Source: Bdellovibrionota bacterium (GTDB lineage Bacteria; Bdellovibrionota_C; UBA2361; JAAYZI01). Taken from it: a stretch of 64,000 nucleotides of DNA. The translations under genes and the position numbers were made by a program. Location: the NCBI GenBank assembly GCA_050950765.1, contig JBMNIF010000002.1:320001-384000 (forward strand). Direction: 5' to 3'. Below are positions 9,217-17,520 of this stretch, in pieces; position 1 is the first letter of the stretch, and every line of letters starts with the position of its first letter. Below the pieces are notes generated by a model. It had not been told where the DNA came from, made no database searches, and saw only the letters and a list, made by a program, of their open reading frames with translations.

Positions 9217-11001
9217 GTGAAATTATCTATTAAAAAGATACGAACTGAATCATTATTTACGATCTGTTTTTCTATCGTTGCACTACTACCGGCTACTGCT
9301 GTTTCACAAGGGAAGGCACCGATCCCTGACAGCAAAACTATGGAAACCTACCTACGTGATGACCAGCTGGGAAAATATATAAAGATGCAAGCGGAAAAAG
9401 CGAAAGAGATGGAGGAGACAACAACAAAAAAAGCCATAGAAGATGCAAAGAAAACCTTAAGATCTACAAACAACTTCACCAGCAACGCTGAAGTGTACCA
9501 TCCTGATAAATGGGATCGCGGTGTTGATAAAATTACAAAGAAGTTTAATGAAACAGCCGATTTTATAGAGATGCTTATGGCGTATGGCGAATGCGGCTCC
9601 CCGATGCCGGTAGGAGTCTGCTTAGAATGTGCGTTATTTCCTCGCATCCAAGCCCTTATGTCGTACTATATGCCCGTTCAAAAGATTGAAATTTCAGAAG
9701 TACCAGGAAGAACAGGATATTATGAAAAAACAAAACTTAAACGTTACATGAGCGAATACGGAGACTGGACAAAAGCGAAATATGGAGAGGCAATAAATAA
9801 AAGTGGCAGTAATCTCCCTATAGAAGCAGTCCTAAAGCAGCAATATGAAAAGACAGCACAACAGTCGAGAAAAAACTCACTTGGTGACCCCACCAAAGAC
9901 TGGGTGCTTGGAGAAGATAAAACGGGTTGGTTTAAAAAAACAAAACCTGATACCGCCCTTATTGATGAAGCAAAAAATAATAATTTCAATGATGCTTTCT
10001 GGCGTGTCGGTAAGTTACCTTCAGCCTCATGGGCATTTCCTCATATTTTTAACGCTGAATTTGATAACGAAGGAACGAAGACACTTTTTAAAGACATTTG
10101 GGGACACGATGGTGCCTTAGAAGCAGAAAGAAAAACGAACTGCGTTAATCAATGCAAAACCGATGCAGCAAACGAAAGGAGATCTGTCCCCTCTTGGTTT
10201 GCTGAAGGACCTGAAAGTGTTCAAGTCTTTTTTAATTCAATTATGAGCTACAATCACCGCGCTCCAAAATCGCAGGAAGCAAAGATAACTAAAATTAGTA
10301 TCGATAAAACAGCCAAAGGTCCACGTAAACACAACTACTACGATAAAATGAAAAACACGAAAACCCCTGAAGATATTTGGGAACAACTAACCAATGGAGA
10401 AAATACTACTCCTGCAAGTAAAAATAGAAATCGAGAAGCATTGGAAGATAACTTCGGAATTTGCGGTATCTATACACATGAAGGTCAAAAACACGATAAG
10501 TGCCTTAGAGGACAACACGGTGCAAAGGGACCGTTAACGGCGCAGGTTGGTACCCTCTATCATCCACGTGCTGCTATGGTAGCTGCTTGGCGAGGGCTTT
10601 TTTGGGTAACTGCCATTGAAGATGACGCACCGGTTGGTACTTATAAAACATCCTTAGATGATGATTGCGACCCCAAAATTCCGCGCAAAAAATATCACCC
10701 TTTTTATAATGAAAACGTTAATGGAAAAGGGAGCCGTTTTACTGGAAAACCTAGAGCTCGTTTACAGATTTTAACAAATCATTCCCCTAAGAGATACAGA
10801 CACCTTAGAGGTTGCAGACCCTTCCTCTCACAAAAAACATTTATCCCAGACTGGTCCGGTCCCGAATTCGGTGATGCTAATAAAGATATTAGTGATGAGC
10901 ACGGTAACCATACTATTTTAGTACAGTGGCAACACTTTAGAAATTGTAGAACTAACTTTTTTAGAATTTTCCCGTTTACGGGGAAAAACATCTGGTACTA
11001 A
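9217..11001 (+). CDS. TraU-like exported Cys-rich protein
   Basis: Signal peptide; ordered motifs LFPRIQALMSYYMPVQKIEISEVPG, CLRGQHGAKGPLTAQV, AAMVAAWR, RLQIL..GCRPF, ILVQWQHFRNC match TraU family blocks by eye. Confidence 0.7.
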   Translation: MKLSIKKIRTESLFTICFSIVALLPATAVSQGKAPIPDSKTMETYLRDDQLGKYIKMQAEKAKEMEETTTKKAIEDAKKTLRSTNNFTSNAEVYHPDKWDRGVDKITKKFNETADFIEMLMAYGECGSPMPVGVCLECALFPRIQALMSYYMPVQKIEISEVPGRTGYYEKTKLKRYMSEYGDWTKAKYGEAINKSGSNLPIEAVLKQQYEKTAQQSRKNSLGDPTKDWVLGEDKTGWFKKTKPDTALIDEAKNNNFNDAFWRVGKLPSASWAFPHIFNAEFDNEGTKTLFKDIWGHDGALEAERKTNCVNQCKTDAANERRSVPSWFAEGPESVQVFFNSIMSYNHRAPKSQEAKITKISIDKTAKGPRKHNYYDKMKNTKTPEDIWEQLTNGENTTPASKNRNREALEDNFGICGIYTHEGQKHDKCLRGQHGAKGPLTAQVGTLYHPRAAMVAAWRGLFWVTAIEDDAPVGTYKTSLDDDCDPKIPRKKYHPFYNENVNGKGSRFTGKPRARLQILTNHSPKRYRHLRGCRPFLSQKTFIPDWSGPEFGDANKDISDEHGNHTILVQWQHFRNCRTNFFRIFPFTGKNIWY

Positions 11002-11004
11002 TAA

Positions 11005-11775
11005 ATGAAAAAGAGAGCTTTATTATATTTTGCTTTACTTTGTCTAACAGTAACGGCGACTTCGTTATCAGCACAGGAGCAAGAAAAACCGAAGGCTTTT
11101 TTTGATAAAGGCTCTGCTGGAACCCCTTTAACTTTTCCGCCGTCAGATACAAAAACAACTTTTTTTGATAAAGGCTCTGCTAGCACTCCTTTAACGAAAA
11201 AACGTAGAGATATCTTCGACTCCTCCACTTCAAAAGCTACAAGAGGTAACACCCCTGATTTTATCTCTTCTTCACGTGCATCATCTCACGATGCTGAGAA
11301 AAAAGATAAAGGGAAGGTATACGATAATGATAGCCGTGAAGAATCTATTAGCGAACAGCACGGTAAAAAGATTATTAATATCGGTGCTGCGATAAACGGT
11401 GTAGATCAAGATCACCTAAAAAGAGAGATTCAAAAACTTATCGAGGCAGTTGATAAACACGATCTTGATGCTGGAGAGATCTTCTTAATTACGCAAAATT
11501 ATGCAGCTGCCAGTGATATTGCGTTACCGTTAGTGGTGCGTGGCGGAATTGTCACCTTTCCAGCGCAGGTACCTGCTGAATATAACGCCACAATCTCTCC
11601 TACTTGGATTTTACAAACTGAAGAGGGCAAGATAGTTTTAGAAGGTGTTGATGATCTAAATAGATATATCAACAAAAAAGGAGAGTTTGTTGAAAAAGCC
11701 CAGCCCCTCAAAATGATGGATTCTGAAAACAGGCAGGAGTTTAAATCTTTTTCATCACTATTTGATACAAACTAA
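11005..11775 (+). CDS. Exported protein, TrbC(F-type)-like thioredoxin-fold C-terminus
   Basis: Signal peptide (SLSA-Q); LVVRG and EYNATISPTWILQTEEGKIVLEG resemble the TrbC YxIxxVPxxV..G motif; follows the TraU-like gene. Confidence 0.5.
   Translation: MKKRALLYFALLCLTVTATSLSAQEQEKPKAFFDKGSAGTPLTFPPSDTKTTFFDKGSASTPLTKKRRDIFDSSTSKATRGNTPDFISSSRASSHDAEKKDKGKVYDNDSREESISEQHGKKIINIGAAINGVDQDHLKREIQKLIEAVDKHDLDAGEIFLITQNYAAASDIALPLVVRGGIVTFPAQVPAEYNATISPTWILQTEEGKIVLEGVDDLNRYINKKGEFVEKAQPLKMMDSENRQEFKSFSSLFDTN
11097..11194 (+). repeat. In-frame direct repeat within the TrbC-like gene
   Basis: TTTTTTGATAAAGGCTCTGCT...CCTTTAAC twice, 63 bp apart (FFDKGSAGTPLT / FFDKGSASTPLT). Confidence 0.85.
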
Positions 11776-11795
11776 TGTAAAAAGGTTTTATTACA

Positions 11796-12962
11796 GTGAG
11801 TAGCGAATTAACTTTGACATTCAAACTGGGTGACTTAATCGCAAACCGCTACAAGATTGTTAAAGAGTTGCGCGCTGGTAGTATGGGGGTTGTTTATGTT
11901 TGTCAACATCATGAATTTTATGATCGTCTCGTAGCCGTAAAGATCTTATTTCCATATATAGCAAAAGATAAGGTGGCTTGTGCTCGGCTTTATCAAGAGA
12001 TCACCGCTTCATACTTGGTGACCAATATAAATGTAGTGCGAACTTATGAATTTATAAGAACTGACTCTTTAATCGGCTACTCTATGGAATATGTAGAAGG
12101 TGAAGATTTAGCTGAAAAATTAGAGAGAGAAAAGCAGCTTCCGCCACTTGATGTGGCTGACATTTTACGTCAGATCTGTGTAGGAGTGCAGGCGATCTAC
12201 TCTGCTGGTCTAGTTCATAGAGACTTAAGACCTGAAAATATCCTCATAAAGAAAAACGGACTTATTAAAATTACGGATTTCGGCATTGTGCATGTAAAGA
12301 ACGCCCCACGTATAACGGAAAAAGGTGGTGTTGTTGGAAATCTCGCCTATATGAGCCCTGAATACTTAAAATCAGGGGAGGTAGATTGGCGTTCAGATAT
12401 CTATGCTATTGGGGTACTTGGTTATAAGATGTTGACGGGCGTAACACCGATATCATCTACTAGTGTAGTTGATTATGTGCAGAAATGTGTTACTAACGAA
12501 ATCGATCCTATCACTAAAAGTGTACCGAATTGCCCTCCCTCCCTCGAAAAAATTATTTTAAAAGCTTTAGAGGTCGATCCACAGAAACGTTACCAATCAG
12601 CTTTAGCTATGCAGTGTGACCTTAACGAATTTATTCACGCTGAAACAGGACAGATAACAAAGACATATTTAAACAGTGATATAATACCTAGCGGAATGAA
12701 TCTATCTTCTTATTTTTCACCATCCATAAATGATGATTCCACTTCAAAACCTTTAGAAGAGGATCTTCAAGCGCCGATACTTGTCCAAGATCACGATTTA
12801 AGAAAAACGATCGTAAAACCGTTTAAGGCAGAGGGAGGTGTTGAAAGATACGACCAACAACTAAGCCCTGATATCACACCTTCACAACCGTTAGATCTTG
12901 CAGATAATGGTGAAGTAGAAATTTCAACGTTATATGCAAATGATACCATCACAGAAGAGTAG
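11796..12962 (+). CDS. Hanks-type Ser/Thr protein kinase with acidic C-terminal tail
   Basis: GSMGVVY, VAVK, HRDLRPEN, DFG, YMSPE, SDIYAIG; no TM segment. Confidence 0.92.
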   Translation: MSSELTLTFKLGDLIANRYKIVKELRAGSMGVVYVCQHHEFYDRLVAVKILFPYIAKDKVACARLYQEITASYLVTNINVVRTYEFIRTDSLIGYSMEYVEGEDLAEKLEREKQLPPLDVADILRQICVGVQAIYSAGLVHRDLRPENILIKKNGLIKITDFGIVHVKNAPRITEKGGVVGNLAYMSPEYLKSGEVDWRSDIYAIGVLGYKMLTGVTPISSTSVVDYVQKCVTNEIDPITKSVPNCPPSLEKIILKALEVDPQKRYQSALAMQCDLNEFIHAETGQITKTYLNSDIIPSGMNLSSYFSPSINDDSTSKPLEEDLQAPILVQDHDLRKTIVKPFKAEGGVERYDQQLSPDITPSQPLDLADNGEVEISTLYANDTITEE

Positions 12963-13481
12963 TAGAGCTAGGTGCTGATCTTACTCGCCCCTTAACTAAG
13001 CTTTTATATAATATTGTGAAGATCTTACTAAAAAAGGACCTCACTATTTGAGTTAAATATAAAAAAGCTCTAAACTCTCTCTCGTATTGCAACCATTCAG
13101 CGCAAAGCAATTAACAAATTCTTATCTGAGTGCGGAATCTCACCTGGCAGTTTTGACCATCGCTTAAAAAACACCCCATCCAACTTTGAAAAATATGCAA
13201 CATCCATACAAAAAGAGGGGGATGGCGTTTTTGAGAAATACCTCCCCAAACTTTGAAAAATATATCCGTAAAGAGCAGGGGCTCTGCGGAGCTTTATAAC
13301 GCTACAAAATAACTTCTACTATCAAGATCTTATCAGAAAGTGTTAGTTTAACGACCTTTTTTGCCACCTACACAATAAGTTTTCCCTCGTTTTTATTATC
13401 TTTCCCCTTGTTTAGTATCAACTATCAATTACAATCTCCATAAAGATAATTAACACCTTCGCCATAACTAATAAGAGCTTT

Positions 13482-15599
13482 ATGTCAGCAAGAGAAACAA
13501 CACGCGGAAATAAAAGAGATACGAGACAACCTAGAAGTGAGGAAACAGATATTTCACAGGGGAGACCCGACCTCTCTGAAGCAATATTTGGTAAACAAGG
13601 TAGATCTTTTCGAACGCAACAAAACAACCGAATAGATCGCCACAAAACACCACACAAATTAGGAGACCCCTCTAAACGATCGGTTTCAAAACAAAAGGGG
13701 AGATCTCAAAAAAATTTTGATCCAGACAGTGTAAAGCGAATTCTTGCAGCAGAAAAGGGAGAACAGATCCGGAAATGTTTGAACAACATAAAGGAGGATG
13801 AATATCCCTTTATCTGTGCAGATATGGTGCTCAGTTTAATCATCGACAAAGGAGAAGAAGACCTAATTACAAAAGAAAAGATGTTTGCACGCTACTATGC
13901 AGCAGTAGAAAATAAAAAAGGTGCTTTTCAAACCACCCTTTCCGAAATGTTTAAAGAGATGTCAAAAATAGAAACTGATCCCCCTTCCAATTATCTGAAA
14001 AAAATGCAAAAGCAATTCCCTCAAACGATAGAGATTGAAAAAAAACGAGGTGTCATTCAAGGAGAAAACAGATCGGAGGAAGAGGAGCGAGACACGATGT
14101 CAAGCATTTTCATGGAAGCAATATTCGATGCTTCAGCAAATGGCTCTCTGGGAAAATACCAACATTTAGAGCCCGAACTAGAAGAGTGGGCTTCTAAGGT
14201 ATCATCTGTAATGATATCACATCTGTACAATTCAGAATCATTCAAGAACCGAAACATCAATGAAATGGTGAAACTTTTTATCGGTTCCACCATTATTCTT
14301 GAACACTATTTATCCCCTTTAAACTTAATCTTAATAAACGGAGATAAGGAATTTGAAGGAATTACTGCATCTATTTTAGCAATTCCTTTTAATAATATGC
14401 GTTGCTCAATATTATCAAATATCACTCGCGAAATAATGAGTTCATTATCAGAGTCAAAAGATAAGGAACGTTTTATTGATTTTACCTCAAAATTTTATAG
14501 ATCGGATCTCAGCACTTATTATATCTCTCCTGGAGAATATTATGAACTAACAGCTCACTTTTCGAGTTTTGGAAAGATTAGAAAATATTTAGAATCCATA
14601 CTTCCAAAAGCTGACACCTTTACTAAGCTAAACGATATCACTAGACAGTTGCAAGAACATCCGTTCCTTGATTCTATTAAAATAAGACTTAAAGATCTGA
14701 CGTTGCCTCATGGTGAAATATTACTGCGCTACTCGCAAGAAGGGCATCCAGATCTACTCCTACACTACAATACGAGACAAAATTATACTGACATTATTAT
14801 CTATGGAAATAAGGGGTTTTCATTTCAGATTCAAACTGCTCGTGCTACACATAAAACATACCTCGACAACTCCATCGACGATACTCTCGGTATTAGAATA
14901 ACCGACAATGCCAAGATACACATCGGAGATGACGATCTTTATTCTACCGTTCCTAATAGTGCAGAATATCTCGATGCTTTAGAAACTGCACTACAAATAG
15001 AAATAACTGGAATCGCTATTATTCAGAGATGGATGCGCAGCAATCCGGAGTTGTTTTGTAACCTCAATTGGAGCAATCCTCTTTTACTATCTATCAAAGA
15101 AGGAGAGGGTGCCATTGCAATAACTGATGATGAGCTCGTCATAAAACAGATTCCTCAAAAAAACTCTGGGTGCGAACTTTCCGACGAAAACAGATCTTTT
15201 GCTAAGAGATTCGGTATCACCCCGCTTTACGGAACAACACTTGAAAAGCCACAACAGAAACCCACAGAAGAGGAAGAACCGACATCCCCAGAAGATCAGT
15301 TATCTGATTCTGAAAGGATCATCTATAGGGAAATTTATAAATACCTCCCTAATGGGAAATTCTCTTGGGTGTGGTTTAAAGAAAATTTAGATCCCTCTTT
15401 TGGAGAGCTGATTTTTGATAGGTCGGGCGGAAAAGGTAGCCATTCTAAAGTTTACTTAAAAAAGAACGGCGAGAAAATTGGATATTGGACAGCCTCACGA
15501 AAGGAGGTTCGCAATATCAGTCACAGATCTAGACTAAAAGAGATACTTGAAGGTCTACAGATCTCTCCGCAAGAGTTTCTTGAAAGCCTTGAACGGTAA
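13482..15599 (+). CDS. Large orphan protein with HicA-like C-terminal domain
   Basis: 705-aa ORF; C-terminal GGKGSHSKV...RLKEILEGLQISPQEFL pattern. Confidence 0.7.
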   Translation: MSARETTRGNKRDTRQPRSEETDISQGRPDLSEAIFGKQGRSFRTQQNNRIDRHKTPHKLGDPSKRSVSKQKGRSQKNFDPDSVKRILAAEKGEQIRKCLNNIKEDEYPFICADMVLSLIIDKGEEDLITKEKMFARYYAAVENKKGAFQTTLSEMFKEMSKIETDPPSNYLKKMQKQFPQTIEIEKKRGVIQGENRSEEEERDTMSSIFMEAIFDASANGSLGKYQHLEPELEEWASKVSSVMISHLYNSESFKNRNINEMVKLFIGSTIILEHYLSPLNLILINGDKEFEGITASILAIPFNNMRCSILSNITREIMSSLSESKDKERFIDFTSKFYRSDLSTYYISPGEYYELTAHFSSFGKIRKYLESILPKADTFTKLNDITRQLQEHPFLDSIKIRLKDLTLPHGEILLRYSQEGHPDLLLHYNTRQNYTDIIIYGNKGFSFQIQTARATHKTYLDNSIDDTLGIRITDNAKIHIGDDDLYSTVPNSAEYLDALETALQIEITGIAIIQRWMRSNPELFCNLNWSNPLLLSIKEGEGAIAITDDELVIKQIPQKNSGCELSDENRSFAKRFGITPLYGTTLEKPQQKPTEEEEPTSPEDQLSDSERIIYREIYKYLPNGKFSWVWFKENLDPSFGELIFDRSGGKGSHSKVYLKKNGEKIGYWTASRKEVRNISHRSRLKEILEGLQISPQEFLESLER

Positions 15600-15615
15600 A
15601 AATGACGAACATCCG

Positions 15616-17298
15616 TTACTTTACCGTCAACTTCCTAAATTTCACACGTTGCGGCAGTATGGCAGCATCACCAAGCCTTCTCTTCTTATCTTCTTCATAA
15701 TCATCAAAATTGCCTTCAACCATCACCACCTTACTGTCACCCTCAAAAGCGATAATATGTGTAGCTATCCTATTTAAGAACCAACGATCGTGGCTAATAA
15801 CTAAAACACACCCTGCGAATTCAATTAAAGCTTCTTCCAAAGCTCGTAACGTATTCACATCCAGATCATTAGTCGGCTCGTCTAAAAGTAAAACATTTCC
15901 ACCCTCTTTCAGAAGCTTCGCCAAATGCACCCTATTTCTTTCACCTCCTGACAACACACCGACTTTTTTCTGTTGATCGGAACCTGTAAAATTAAACTTG
16001 GCACAATAAGCTCGTGAATTAATATCACGTGCACCAAGCTTTAACTGATCATAACCTTCAGAGATCTCCTCCCAAATCGTACGATCGGGATTAAGGGCAT
16101 CTCTTTTTTGATCAACATACGCCAACTTAACCGTCTCACCCAACGTAATACTTCCGCTATCAGGAACCTCCTGACCCGTAATAAGTTTAAAAAGGGTTGT
16201 TTTACCAACACCATTACCACCAATAATACCAACAATACTTCCCGCTGGTATCTTTAACGATAGATCTTCAAAAAGAAGTTTATCACCAAAACTTTTTGTT
16301 AACCCTTTTGTTTCAATAACAACATTCCCAAGTCGTGGTCCTGGTGGAATATAGATCTCCATCTCTTCAATTTTATCAGGGCTATCTTGAGCTAATAAAG
16401 CACTATACGCTTCTACGCGAGCTTTGCTCTTAGCATGCCTAGCACGTGGAGACATACGGATCCATTCCAACTCTCTGGCTAAGGTGCGCTGTTTTTTAGA
16501 TTCTTGCTTCTCTTCCTGCGCCAAACGTTTCTGTTTTTGCTCCAACCAAGATGAATAATTCCCCTTCCACGGGATGCCGTGTCCACGATCAAGCTCCAAA
16601 ATCCAGCCTGCGATATTATCAAGAAAATAGCGATCGTGCGTAACTGCTATCACCGTTCCTGCATAATCCTTTAAAAAATTTTCCAACCATAAAACTGATT
16701 CGGCATCAAGGTGATTAGTAGGTTCATCAAGTAACAAAACATCAGGACGTTGTAAAAGTAATCTACACAGTGCAACACGTCTGATTTCACCGCCGGAAAG
16801 CTCTGATACACTCTGTTCAGCAGGAGGAAGACGCAAAGCATCCATAGCAACTTCTATCGTATGATCAATCTCCCAACCATTATTGAGGTCTATTTTTTCT
16901 TGCACCTTAGCCTGCTCATCAAGGAGAGCCTGCATCTTATCAGGATCTAGTTCAGGATCCGCAAAAGCTTCATTAATCTCTTCAAATCGCTTAAGTAGTG
17001 CAACCGTTTCTCCCATAGCTTCAAGGACATTTTCCTTAACGTTTTTAGTCGGATCTAATTTAGGTTCTTGCGGAAGATACCCTATCGTCATGCCCTCTTC
17101 CGCCCAAGCCTCACCTATAAAATCTTTTTCAACACCTGCCATAATTTTCAGCAGCGTTGATTTACCAGATCCGTTAAGCCCAAGCACTCCGATCTTGGCA
17201 CCGTAAAAATAGGAAAGGCTGATATCTCTCAGAACCGTTTTGTTCGGCGGATAAGTTTTTGAAACCCTCTGCATACTGTAAGCGTACTTCTGTTCCAT
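15616..17298 (-). CDS. ettA: Energy-dependent translational throttle ABC-F ATPase EttA
   Basis: YFYGAKIGVLGLNGSGKST, two ABC domains, ELDRGHGIPWKGNYSSWLEQK, ELEWIR linker. Start probably MEQKYAY at 17298. Confidence 0.95.
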   Translation of the reverse strand: MEQKYAYSMQRVSKTYPPNKTVLRDISLSYFYGAKIGVLGLNGSGKSTLLKIMAGVEKDFIGEAWAEEGMTIGYLPQEPKLDPTKNVKENVLEAMGETVALLKRFEEINEAFADPELDPDKMQALLDEQAKVQEKIDLNNGWEIDHTIEVAMDALRLPPAEQSVSELSGGEIRRVALCRLLLQRPDVLLLDEPTNHLDAESVLWLENFLKDYAGTVIAVTHDRYFLDNIAGWILELDRGHGIPWKGNYSSWLEQKQKRLAQEEKQESKKQRTLARELEWIRMSPRARHAKSKARVEAYSALLAQDSPDKIEEMEIYIPPGPRLGNVVIETKGLTKSFGDKLLFEDLSLKIPAGSIVGIIGGNGVGKTTLFKLITGQEVPDSGSITLGETVKLAYVDQKRDALNPDRTIWEEISEGYDQLKLGARDINSRAYCAKFNFTGSDQQKKVGVLSGGERNRVHLAKLLKEGGNVLLLDEPTNDLDVNTLRALEEALIEFAGCVLVISHDRWFLNRIATHIIAFEGDSKVVMVEGNFDDYEEDKKRRLGDAAILPQRVKFRKLTVK

Positions 17299-17520
17299 AT
17301 TCATCCCTATAAAATCAAAGCGTAAAAGATCGATAATAATCAATATTGCTTCAGTTTCTGTCAATAATATCTTAGAGTGAGATACCCTTTTTATCAAAGT
17401 TATTGTAAAAACTTAATCATACCTTGAGGCCATTCACAACTTTTTAGCATTTTTTGATAGTTATAAGGTTCATAAGATCATAAACTGCAATAAAATTTTG
17501 ACACACTTAATGGATTTGCT

